This document shows, one piece after another, positions 21,774 to 30,139 of a DNA stretch of 32,000 bases (the stretch's first letter is position 1; every line of letters starts with the position of its first letter). Position numbers and translations under genes: made by a program. Below the pieces are notes generated by a model that saw only the letters and a program-made list of their open reading frames with translations, was not told the DNA's origin and ran no database searches. The stretch is from Candidatus Saccharimonadota bacterium (lineage in GTDB: Bacteria; Patescibacteriota; Saccharimonadia; Saccharimonadales; UBA4665), in NCBI GenBank assembly GCA_002952755.1, contig CP025011.1, positions 1,170,001-1,202,000 on the forward strand, in the 5' to 3' direction.

Positions 21774-22727
21774 ATGGCCAAATGTTATATCGAATCACGA
21801 ACGTCAGCCGCGCGTGGCACTGACAGCATTGCTGCCGACGTCGTCAGGCATTTACATACAAGAGAACATCTAGGTAAAGCGGCAATTATCTGCGACCAAC
21901 CACTAGCCGTGCTGGCAGTGGCGCGTAAACAGTGGCTCAAAATATCCCGCTCTATCCAAAGACAACGCGCCAGCACACTCAATGCCGACAAGATTCTTAA
22001 ATTTACTCACACTATAACCCATATGCAACACATGCATTTCTCAACGAAATCTCCTCTCGAACAACCAGATGCCAATTTTTACTTTCTGCGGCCACACGAT
22101 CTTAGTATCATGCCCCTACAATGCTGGAGCGTATATATTTTAAGCAGTCTAGGAACAAGCACTGCCCAGACGCTTCTGATGCAAATTCCAAGCGAAGCAC
22201 TGATTGTCGACTATACTCACACTGATACTTGGAGAGACTTGGACGTAGCACCTAAATCAACACTCGAAAAGTACGTAGTGCAGGAGTGGCGTCAGGTCGA
22301 GCAATTCTTGCGAACGCATAATATCGCCATTGAGTTACTGACAAGTGATATACAGGACGTAGATACTATGGACGACGCACTGGACACCCTGTTAAGTGTG
22401 AACCGCAAATTCCTACACATTGCCAACGAATTTCAGCGGACACTAGAACTTGCTAGGCCCCTGCGCCTTACAAAAGAAACACGTGCCCGCTACGATGCCG
22501 TTGTACTGCTGGCTCACCGCGTGCAGGCCCTCAGCCCGGGCGCCTTTACTCAGCGCTTCCTGGAGACCTACAACGAGGACGACACTTTCTTTCTCTACGA
22601 TCATCGCAAGCTTACTTTGGGAGGAGAAACTCTTGAGGTGGCCTTCGGTAGGCATGCTGCCGCTGGCAGATTGCATTTAGCGGAGGCGCTCAGAACGTTT
22701 GCTGCGCGACAAGATCTGAAAAATTGA
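21774..22727 (+). CDS. Hypothetical protein (317 aa from this start), no recognised domain
   Basis: Long ORF. The ATG at 21774 is preceded by AGGTGGAG with an 8-nt spacing, which is better than the ORF-track ATG at 21738. No TM segments or known motifs. Confidence 0.6.
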   Translation: MAKCYIESRTSAARGTDSIAADVVRHLHTREHLGKAAIICDQPLAVLAVARKQWLKISRSIQRQRASTLNADKILKFTHTITHMQHMHFSTKSPLEQPDANFYFLRPHDLSIMPLQCWSVYILSSLGTSTAQTLLMQIPSEALIVDYTHTDTWRDLDVAPKSTLEKYVVQEWRQVEQFLRTHNIAIELLTSDIQDVDTMDDALDTLLSVNRKFLHIANEFQRTLELARPLRLTKETRARYDAVVLLAHRVQALSPGAFTQRFLETYNEDDTFFLYDHRKLTLGGETLEVAFGRHAAAGRLHLAEALRTFAARQDLKN

Positions 22728-22739
22728 AGTTGGTGCATT

Positions 22740-23351
22740 TCACTCACTCAAGGTTAAACGCCTATCTGACACCTTACGAGGCCACATAATTGCGACTACA
22801 AAAATAAGATTAATCGTTGCAATATAAAGCGGGAAAGCAATTGCTTGCAGCGTAAACGGGCCAACCGACATAATAAGTAGTCCAGCTATCACATCCAGAC
22901 CATAGAAAAGTGCTGGCTCAGTATGGGGCAAACGAATGGTTTTATGCAAAGCTGGCACGACCGCAATACAGTCAGTGAGTATTGATACCCATACACCAAT
23001 CCATGGTCTACCTAAGGTAAGCCAGAGTAACACCCCCATAAAACAGAGCACCAGACACAATATATCAAGCTGACTATGTCCACCTACACCCCGCTTTATC
23101 GATAACCCTAAGATGCCCACTGACTGTATAAACGCGACTAATGCCAGCCAAACACCAGAAGTATCGCCACCGGCCCACAACGAGGTAACACTCACTGCAG
23201 TAATGACAGTCAGCAACAAACGGGTCATCCGTTCAGGCTTTGCCCTACCTTCAAAAATTGCAATACCGTAGGTTATACTCGCGATAACCGGCAATAAGGA
23301 GCCGAATATCAACACCATGGCCCTTATAGGCCAGCCCTCTAAAACGATCAT
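22740..23351 (-). CDS. Integral membrane protein of unknown function (about 6-7 TM segments)
   Basis: Hydrophobic throughout. The start is placed at the ATG at 23351 because TATACT lies 6 nt upstream and this avoids overlapping the divergent regulator. ATGs at 23378 and 23435 are alternative starts. Confidence 0.6.
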   Translation of the reverse strand: MIVLEGWPIRAMVLIFGSLLPVIASITYGIAIFEGRAKPERMTRLLLTVITAVSVTSLWAGGDTSGVWLALVAFIQSVGILGLSIKRGVGGHSQLDILCLVLCFMGVLLWLTLGRPWIGVWVSILTDCIAVVPALHKTIRLPHTEPALFYGLDVIAGLLIMSVGPFTLQAIAFPLYIATINLIFVVAIMWPRKVSDRRLTLSE

Positions 23352-23428
23352 GACCCCAGTATACAAACTCGCCTGCATCGGTACGAAAATGTGTCCATAA
23401 ATCCGGACAACTACGCTACAATGTGGGC

Positions 23429-24211
23429 ATGTCATCCATCCAAATCATTACTAAATACCTTGCCAAGCTCGGTTTAGAGCATGACGCTGTAACGTTGTAT
23501 ATTGCCCTGGCTAAATATGGTCAGTCCACTGCGCTGCAGCTAGCAAAACATACCAAGGTAAGCCGGACACAAGTCTATCGTCATCTGGAATTACTCCAAC
23601 AATATGGTCTCGCCAGCGCCGAGCAGTTGCAGTACGGTACGCTTTACCGTGCACTTCCCCTTGATAATATCGAAGGGATCCTTGCCAATCGCGAAGCCGA
23701 GACAGCAGCCATACGTCGCAATCTCGGCGCTATGACTGCAGCTTTGCAAGTTATCGCTGGCGGGAGTGGCCCCAAGGCAACAGTGCAGCACTACTACGGA
23801 CAGGCCGGCCTCAAGCAAGTAAACTGGAACCTTACCAAAGCCGACAAGGAGTACCGCTGTTTCGAAGCTGCGCATATCTCCGCTCATTTAGATCAGGCTT
23901 TTGCCCGTAGACTGCGTGAACGCTGCATCGAGCGTGAGCTTACGAGTTACGACCTCACCAATGACATACGCGTGCACAGCAAACAACTCGAGCCATACGA
24001 ACCGACGCGCACTTTTCTCCGCCACGTTGACCCAGCCATACTCACCATCAACTTTGAGGTACTGCTCTATAATGATGTCGTGACATTGCTGGATTACACC
24101 AGGATCAATGCTATGGCAATCGAAATTCATCACCCTAGCCTCCACGCTATGATGCGCCAATTATTTGATGCGATGTGGACGCAAGCGACACCACTGACTA
24201 TATTGCCTTAG
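23429..24211 (+). CDS. TrmB-like winged-helix transcriptional regulator
   Basis: N-terminal LGLEHDAVTLYIALAKYGQSTALQLAKHTKVSRTQVYRHLELLQQYGLA matches the TrmB-type HTH pattern. The ATG at 23429 has TACAAT 6 nt upstream. The ORF-track start is a GTG at 23423. Confidence 0.65.
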   Translation: MSSIQIITKYLAKLGLEHDAVTLYIALAKYGQSTALQLAKHTKVSRTQVYRHLELLQQYGLASAEQLQYGTLYRALPLDNIEGILANREAETAAIRRNLGAMTAALQVIAGGSGPKATVQHYYGQAGLKQVNWNLTKADKEYRCFEAAHISAHLDQAFARRLRERCIERELTSYDLTNDIRVHSKQLEPYEPTRTFLRHVDPAILTINFEVLLYNDVVTLLDYTRINAMAIEIHHPSLHAMMRQLFDAMWTQATPLTILP

Positions 24212-24214
24212 GCT

Positions 24215-25780
24215 CTATGTCTTGGCCGTTATCTTCAAAATATCGGCGCCATATTTCTCTAATTTGGTTGGGCCAAAACCGTTGATACGTAGGAGGTCTT
24301 GTTCGGTTTGTGGCTTGAGCGCTGCTACTTCCATGAGTGTTTTATCGTGGGCAATGATATATGGTGGGAGATTTTGCTCCTTGGCAGAGTTCGCGCGCCA
24401 CGAGCGCAGCTCTTCAAATAGCACATTGTCAACTGGTAAAGTGCTGTCCGTTGCTGTAGTAGCTCGATCTTGGCGCTCATGCGCACCGCTCGCTTCATCA
24501 GCTTTCCAGGTAGCAATCTCACCAGCTAGATCTTGTAGTGCCCGCTCACTCCGCGCTCGTAGATCGGCATCTATTTGTTTGGCGAGCGGGCTCACCCGTA
24601 GTGCCATACCGTTGAGTCCATCAAGGATCAAATGCTTCAGGGAACGGACCCTGCTGAGTGCCACATAGCCCATGCCCTCTACAAAGGCGCGTGACAAATC
24701 AATCCGCGCAGCATCGAGCGTCATACCCTGACTTTTATGCACGGTAATCGCCCACGCTAAACGCAGTGGTAGCTGCGTAAGTTGCGCCCGGCGCTTATCA
24801 CCATCTACGAGCTCCCAGGTTTCCGGTCGTATCGTAACCCGATTCCCATTTACGAGTTCGACAATAGGATGATCAGTGAGCTTCTCGAAGCCGACCACGG
24901 TGCCCAAGCTACCGTTCGCGTACTTGCGATCCTGAGCATTCTTTATACACATAACTTGAGCATGCTCTTTCAAACGGAGTGTCTCAGGCGCCAAACAGGA
25001 CCGCATTAGCTGTTCAACATACTTTTTGCCACCATGCGTTTCCATATAATATTCATGTGTATCCCCCTCCAGCTCGTCCAGTTGTTCGAGGTTCACGGTA
25101 TCGACATCGACGTTCACCGTAAGCAACCGAGTCTGAGGTGTAAATGGATCTTCAGTAACGCCAGCTCGAGATCGCAGGGTATCGAGCTGACTTCTGGTGA
25201 GTACGCCGGCACGAATGCCGTTCAAAATATTGGTATAGTCTTCATCCTTACTCTGTCGATATTGCTTCTCAAGATAGCAGACAGTGAATACATTTTGTTG
25301 CCACACCTGTGCTGCGATGACAAAACTGCCAGCGCGACTATCGCTGCGGTTCACCGGCGGCAACTGGAAAAAATCGCCGCAGAGTACCACCTGGATACCA
25401 CCGAATGGCTCGTCCACGTCGCGCACGTAACGCAAAATCTCATCCACCATATCCAGACGAAAATCGTGCAGCATACTAATCTCATCAATAATGAGAGTCT
25501 GCACCTTTCGCAGCAATTCCTGCCTGGTCTTACCAATTTTAGCAGCCATATGCTTGTCGAAACTATCGTGCACACCAATGCCCGACCAGGCATGAATGGT
25601 CGTGCCGTTTAGATGGGTTGCAGCCAACCCGGTTGTAGCGGTTACCGCGACGCTCTGGCCGCGTTTTTTAGCACGACGGATAAACGTATTAAGCACATAG
25701 GTCTTACCGGTACCGGCGGCACCAGTGAGTAATACCGACCGACCGGATTCCAGAATTGCCAGTGCCTCGTCTTGAGTCAT
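24215..25780 (-). CDS. Pif1/RecD-like SF1 DNA helicase with a C-terminal HRDC domain
   Basis: Walker A GAAGTGKTY, Walker B LIIDEISM, LCGDFFQLPPV, and motif VI-like WAITVHKSQGMT. The C-terminal ~80 aa (LFEELRSWR...PPYIIAHDKTLMEVAALKP...LLRINGFGPTKLEKYG) is HRDC-like. Confidence 0.85.
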   Translation of the reverse strand: MTQDEALAILESGRSVLLTGAAGTGKTYVLNTFIRRAKKRGQSVAVTATTGLAATHLNGTTIHAWSGIGVHDSFDKHMAAKIGKTRQELLRKVQTLIIDEISMLHDFRLDMVDEILRYVRDVDEPFGGIQVVLCGDFFQLPPVNRSDSRAGSFVIAAQVWQQNVFTVCYLEKQYRQSKDEDYTNILNGIRAGVLTRSQLDTLRSRAGVTEDPFTPQTRLLTVNVDVDTVNLEQLDELEGDTHEYYMETHGGKKYVEQLMRSCLAPETLRLKEHAQVMCIKNAQDRKYANGSLGTVVGFEKLTDHPIVELVNGNRVTIRPETWELVDGDKRRAQLTQLPLRLAWAITVHKSQGMTLDAARIDLSRAFVEGMGYVALSRVRSLKHLILDGLNGMALRVSPLAKQIDADLRARSERALQDLAGEIATWKADEASGAHERQDRATTATDSTLPVDNVLFEELRSWRANSAKEQNLPPYIIAHDKTLMEVAALKPQTEQDLLRINGFGPTKLEKYGADILKITAKT

Positions 25781-25833
25781 AACCCTTTATAGTCCCTCCT
25801 GCAATACGTGTCGTCATTGTAGCAGCAACTCGT

Positions 25834-26574
25834 CTAAAGTGAAGCTCTTTTCTGACTCTTAAGCCCCATAAAATGCTTGCGTTGTTCGGGGGATAGATGT
25901 TCGATGGCATAGCGGAGTGTGGTGCGTGGCATGGTCGCCGCATGTTCGGTCAAAAAATCGAGGAGCGGTTGCCTGCTTACCCGCTTGCCTATCTCTCGAA
26001 GCATCCAGCCTACTGCTTTTTGGATAAGATCTTCTTTGTCGTACAGTAACACCTGAGCGAGTTGTAGCGTGATGTCAGCGTGGCCTTTCTTCACAAATGC
26101 AAACGAACTTAAGATAGCCACACGGCGCTGCCAGATATTGGCATTACGGGCCAGGTCAAATAACAAGTCGGGCGAGTGACCGTATAATTGCTCGCCGATA
26201 ATGAATTCGGCCGAACTGTCTACGAGATCCCAATTGTTTACAAACCCCTGACGAACATTCGCAAGGTAAAGGGCAAAAATTGCCTGCTTCCCAGAAGGAT
26301 CTGCCAGGGCGTACTGATCAGCGAGCAAAATAACAGCGGCTAGGCGGTGTTCGTGCACTTTGCTATGGAATAGCTTCTGTACCTCGCTGAGTGGTAGTGC
26401 GAGAAACTGCCTACAAACTCGACGGATATCAGGCACACGAACACCGATAAATATATCTCCAGCGCCATACTCCCCTTCGCCAGTTTTAAAAAACCGAGCG
26501 AGGAATACGCCATCGTCGACGCGGGCCAGACCTCTAAGTCCATCGATGACAGCTTGTGCAGTTAATTCATTCAT
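25834..26574 (-). CDS. DNA alkylation repair protein (AlkD/AlkC-like HEAT-repeat glycosylase family)
   Basis: Pattern FFKTGEGEYGAGDIFIGVRVPDIR...HEHRLAAVILL...NNWDLVDSSA...WQRRVAILS...VGWMLREIGK fits the family. The start is placed at the ATG at 26574 (MNELTAQ), 5 nt after the upstream stop. The ORF-track start at 26664 would overlap the upstream gene by 85 nt. Confidence 0.78.
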   Translation of the reverse strand: MNELTAQAVIDGLRGLARVDDGVFLARFFKTGEGEYGAGDIFIGVRVPDIRRVCRQFLALPLSEVQKLFHSKVHEHRLAAVILLADQYALADPSGKQAIFALYLANVRQGFVNNWDLVDSSAEFIIGEQLYGHSPDLLFDLARNANIWQRRVAILSSFAFVKKGHADITLQLAQVLLYDKEDLIQKAVGWMLREIGKRVSRQPLLDFLTEHAATMPRTTLRYAIEHLSPEQRKHFMGLKSQKRASL

Positions 26575-26579
26575 GATCG

Positions 26580-26999
26580 CTACGGCTTCAGCAAACCAAT
26601 CACCATGCCCATAGCAAGCAATGTTACGAAACGATTGCCGACGGCCAGTGCCGTGAGTTTCCAAGGCTTTTGTTCGAAGCTGTTATGGATCACTAGTGTC
26701 GTCGCAGCAATACCAATCCAAACCCAAAACGCGGTATTAACCGCATCCATAAAGAAAGACCCCTTAAAGAAGGCGTGCGCCAAAAAGGTAAGGTGAGCGA
26801 GAATGTACGCTGTTAAAAGCGAACCAACAGCTGCGGACACCATTGGCCCCACCACCTTTCGTTTGGTCTTCAGATTATTCAAACCAGCCAATTGCTCCCA
26901 AACCGTACCAAAAACTGTCTTGGAATACCAAATTGTGCCAACTATCATTGCAGCCACCGTGGCCAGAATAACGGCAAGCCAGTTAACTTCTACACTCAT
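26580..26999 (-). CDS. Four-TM membrane protein, DUF1761-like
   Basis: N-terminal NWLAVILATVAAMIVGTIWYSKTVFGTVWEQLAG resembles the DUF1761 signature. Four hydrophobic segments. GGGAGG lies 8 nt upstream of the ATG. Confidence 0.6.
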   Translation of the reverse strand: MSVEVNWLAVILATVAAMIVGTIWYSKTVFGTVWEQLAGLNNLKTKRKVVGPMVSAAVGSLLTAYILAHLTFLAHAFFKGSFFMDAVNTAFWVWIGIAATTLVIHNSFEQKPWKLTALAVGNRFVTLLAMGMVIGLLKP

Positions 27000-27070
27000 T
27001 GCAGGACCCTCCCATGTTACGTTTTTAGTATGCTCCGCTAAGCAGGCACGCGTCTAGCCAGATCTTTTTG

Positions 27071-28141
27071 TTATATGCCGGCTTGCAACAACATATCATC
27101 GTCGGTGCTAGAGAGTTTAAGCGGACGCTTGCGTAGAATTTCGTAACGCAGTCCGGTAAGATTTGACTCCATATAGTCGTCATTGAGTAAATTCACAAAT
27201 TTGGTTAAATCTTTTTGATTCATAATGATAATGGCACCCGCATCGTCGACCATAAGATCTACGCCAATTTCTTCGGCATGGTCGATCAGTTGCTCTTGCT
27301 TAAGCTCCCCTACCTCGATCTTCTGCAATTTATTGATAAGTGCACGGTTACCTTCAACTGCCGACTGTAGCGTAATGCCCTCCGCAAAACTGAGCTTATA
27401 GTTTGCCTCAATCTCTTGCACTTTTTTATTGGCAATACTGTTTTTCTTGGCATCGTAGCCAAATAAACGGTCCAGCTTCGCTTCGTTAAATACATATAAG
27501 TCTTGGTCGAGGACAAGCATGTGGGCTTCAGCAGGAATCTTGAGCGCAGCAGCCTCAAAAGATTTAAACACCTTGCCGTTCACCATCCAGGTGCCCTCGC
27601 CTTTTAGCATCTGGCCACCAGATAGAGCCTTGATGATATAAAAAGGCTGCGGCATTTTGGGGTGACTGACGCGTACCAGTGCACCTTTGATACGTTTGAG
27701 GTCATGTTCTTCCTCGGTGAATAATTCGATCTCGTGCTCCTGGGTACGAATCCAGTGCATCACCTCGCGCAATTTCTCAATCTTCTTCCACTGCACACGC
27801 TGAATGACACCTGACTCGCCTTCTCCATCGCTAAAATCACGCACAACAACGCCTTCTTCTGCACCCTCAAGGACTTGCTCCAATGTATTGTCGATGAATA
27901 GCTCCTGCAAATGCTTGCCAAGGCTTGGATCAAGCTTCGTACGATAGACAACGTTGTTCTTGTTTATCCAGAAAACCTCAAGCGCCAACTCTTCCTTGTA
28001 CTCAAATAGATTATTTGCCCACGCAAAAACGTCTGTCTCCTGGTAGTCATCATCTTTCAGCTCTGACAATATATCGGCAGGAGCTTCCGATTCTGGTTTG
28101 ATGATTTGATTATCTGTTTTAATAGGCTCGTCGTCTGGCAT
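27071..28141 (-). CDS. KwaB/DUF4868-like protein (family call from memory, unverified)
   Basis: 356 aa from the ATG at 28141, where TAGAAT lies 7 nt upstream; the ORF-track start is 28150. Acidic N-terminus. Central LVLDQDLYVFNEAKLDRLFGY. C-terminal FVNLLNDDYMESNLTGLRYE...KRPL resembles the C-terminal signature I recall for DUF4868. Confidence 0.5.
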   Translation of the reverse strand: MPDDEPIKTDNQIIKPESEAPADILSELKDDDYQETDVFAWANNLFEYKEELALEVFWINKNNVVYRTKLDPSLGKHLQELFIDNTLEQVLEGAEEGVVVRDFSDGEGESGVIQRVQWKKIEKLREVMHWIRTQEHEIELFTEEEHDLKRIKGALVRVSHPKMPQPFYIIKALSGGQMLKGEGTWMVNGKVFKSFEAAALKIPAEAHMLVLDQDLYVFNEAKLDRLFGYDAKKNSIANKKVQEIEANYKLSFAEGITLQSAVEGNRALINKLQKIEVGELKQEQLIDHAEEIGVDLMVDDAGAIIIMNQKDLTKFVNLLNDDYMESNLTGLRYEILRKRPLKLSSTDDDMLLQAGI

Positions 28142-28195
28142 ACACACCATTCTACCGGACCACTCGTCAAAAAGCTGCTGTAAAAAAGCACTCTG

Positions 28196-28624
28196 CTAAA
28201 CGCTAGGCCTTTTTTGCTGTTGCTCACGGGCGCGATTTGCCCACTGATCGGCAAGCTCGTTACCCGGATCATTATTATGACCGCGGACCCATATGAGCGT
28301 CGCCTGAGATTGACGATACAACGGGCAGACTTCCCGAACGATGTCGAGATTTTTAATTTCGCCGCCTTTTTTCTTCCAGCCGTTCTTTTCCCATGGTATA
28401 GACCATTTAGTAATGACATTGATCCAAAATTCGCTGTCGGTATAAATCTGCGCTTGTTCGTCTCTAGCGTCTTTCAGGGCGGCGATAATCGCTTGGCCTT
28501 CCATACGAATATTGGTTGTATTATGCTCACCGCCAAGCTGGCACACTTCCATATTTTTGATAACTGCGAATCCGCCCGTACCCGGATTCGGTTCGCAGCT
28601 ACCATCGGTATAATAGACAATCAT
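28196..28624 (-). CDS. rnhA: Ribonuclease HI
   Basis: The DEDD catalytic pattern is in order: YTDGS, RMEGQA, IYTDSE, and GHNNDPGNELADQWA. Confidence 0.9.
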   Translation of the reverse strand: MIVYYTDGSCEPNPGTGGFAVIKNMEVCQLGGEHNTTNIRMEGQAIIAALKDARDEQAQIYTDSEFWINVITKWSIPWEKNGWKKKGGEIKNLDIVREVCPLYRQSQATLIWVRGHNNDPGNELADQWANRAREQQQKRPSV

Positions 28625-28664
28625 TATATGAGTGTAGCAGAACTCGCATCAGGAGCAGCAGCTA

Positions 28665-30011
28665 TTAAGTCAGGAGATCAGTTGTTAGTTCGCGAGTAGC
28701 AACACGGCGCTGTTCGGCAGTATCGCGGTCGCGGATGGTTACCGTACCGTCTTCGAGTGTTTGGAAGTCGATCGTTACACACAATGGCGTACCGATCTCG
28801 TCTTGACGGCGGTAGCGCTTCCCGATGTTGCCGTTGTCATCCCACATGACGGCGCCGAGCTCTCTTTTAAGCTGTGCATATACTTCCTGAGCCCTAGAAA
28901 CAAGTTCCGGTTTGTTCTTGAGTAGTGGGCTGACTGCAGCTTTGTAGGGGGCAAGGCTCGGCTTGAGCTTGAGCACTAAGCGCTTTTCGCCATGTAATTC
29001 ATCTTCCGCAAAAGCATTGGCCAGTACGGCCATAAGCATACGGCCCACACCTACCGAACTCTCTATGACATACGGGGTAAACTTCTGACGTGTTTCGTCA
29101 TCAAAATATTGTAAATCTTTGCCGCTCCCCCTTTGGTGAGCACTCAGATCAAAGTCGGTCCGGTTATGCGTTCCCCAAAGCTCCTTGAAGCCCTGTGGGA
29201 ATCTGAAGTAGATGTCGTGTGCTGCCGCAGCGTAGTGTGCGCGCTCTTTTTCGTCATGCTCATGCCATTGCAAGTTTTCTTTGCTAATACCCAGTCGCTC
29301 CACCAAAAAATTCCAGGCGAATTCGCGCCACTGTGCATAGGCGGTTTCTTGCATCTCGGGCTTGATGAAATACTGCATTTCCATCTGTTCTAACTCGCGG
29401 ACACGGAAGATAAAATCGCGCGGTGAAATTTCGTTTCTGAAGGCTTTGCCTATTTGAGCAATGCCGAACGGCAACTTGGCACGCATCGTTTCCCGTACAT
29501 TTTCGTAGTTGGTGAATATCGAACCCGCAGTTTCTGGACGCAAATAAGCCACCGAACTTTCATCTTCGACAGGGCCGACCCATGTCTTCATCATCATGTT
29601 ATACTTGCGCGGTTCAGTGAGCGTATGCTTACCGCAAACGGGGCAAGCTTTGTCCTTGAGAAGTTCTTTAAGTTCGCTCAAGTCGGTCGAATCGGTGTCC
29701 GCTAGATGATCAGCCCGCAAACGGGCCCCACAATTTTTGCAGTCCACAAGCGGGTCGGTAAAACCGGCTACGTGGCCGCTTGCTTCCCATAATCTAGGGC
29801 TTTGAATAATAGCACCGTCTACCCCGAACACATTATCGTGCTCACGGACCATCGCCCGCCACCATTCTTGCTTTAGGTTATTAACCAGCTCCACACCCAA
29901 AGGGCCATAATCCCAAAAGCCGGCTATACCACCGTAGATATCGCTGGCTTGAAATACAAAACCTCGGCGTTTTGCCAAGTTTGTAATATCTTCTAGAGAA
30001 ACAGTGCTCAT
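28665..30011 (-). CDS. glyQS: Glycine--tRNA ligase (dimeric class II GlyQS type)
   Basis: N-terminal RRGFVFQASDIYGGIAGFWDYGPLGVEL. Class II motifs (FRNEISPR, ...RVRELEQMEMQYF). C-terminal anticodon-binding region with GKRYRRQDEIGTP. Confidence 0.95.
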   Translation of the reverse strand: MSTVSLEDITNLAKRRGFVFQASDIYGGIAGFWDYGPLGVELVNNLKQEWWRAMVREHDNVFGVDGAIIQSPRLWEASGHVAGFTDPLVDCKNCGARLRADHLADTDSTDLSELKELLKDKACPVCGKHTLTEPRKYNMMMKTWVGPVEDESSVAYLRPETAGSIFTNYENVRETMRAKLPFGIAQIGKAFRNEISPRDFIFRVRELEQMEMQYFIKPEMQETAYAQWREFAWNFLVERLGISKENLQWHEHDEKERAHYAAAAHDIYFRFPQGFKELWGTHNRTDFDLSAHQRGSGKDLQYFDDETRQKFTPYVIESSVGVGRMLMAVLANAFAEDELHGEKRLVLKLKPSLAPYKAAVSPLLKNKPELVSRAQEVYAQLKRELGAVMWDDNGNIGKRYRRQDEIGTPLCVTIDFQTLEDGTVTIRDRDTAEQRRVATRELTTDLLT

Positions 30012-30139
30012 CGTGTAATACTTACCTTTCGAGGTCTTAACGTAGGAATTACATACATAAGAGATAGGGCCCTAGAGGCCACTCTTTTGTCCAAACCCTT
30101 ACTCTGTCTTGACTCTCAGCATGCCCATATCAGTTCTAA

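Noticed and set aside
26575-26664. N-terminal extension of the AlkD-like ORF
   Set aside because: It would overlap the upstream DUF1761-like gene by 85 nt and adds a Gly/Arg/His-rich sequence that is not part of the family. The ATG at 26574 lies 5 nt after the upstream stop.
327-28699. Numerous 60-190-aa ORFs antisense to or out of frame with the called genes
   Set aside because: Examples are 327-626, 1518-1874, 5269-5739, 6097-6525, 16265-16711, 24222-24668, 25034-25612 and 28214-28699. All lie wholly within longer ORFs that carry strong family motifs. Their translations are Arg/Ser/Ala/Cys-rich and typical of shadow frames, and none has its own start signals.
30012-30139. T-box leader upstream of glyQS
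   Set aside because: The leader is only 128 nt. It has no T-box consensus, no specifier stem and no terminator/antiterminator pair, only a weak GGCC hairpin and an AAGGTAAG RBS.
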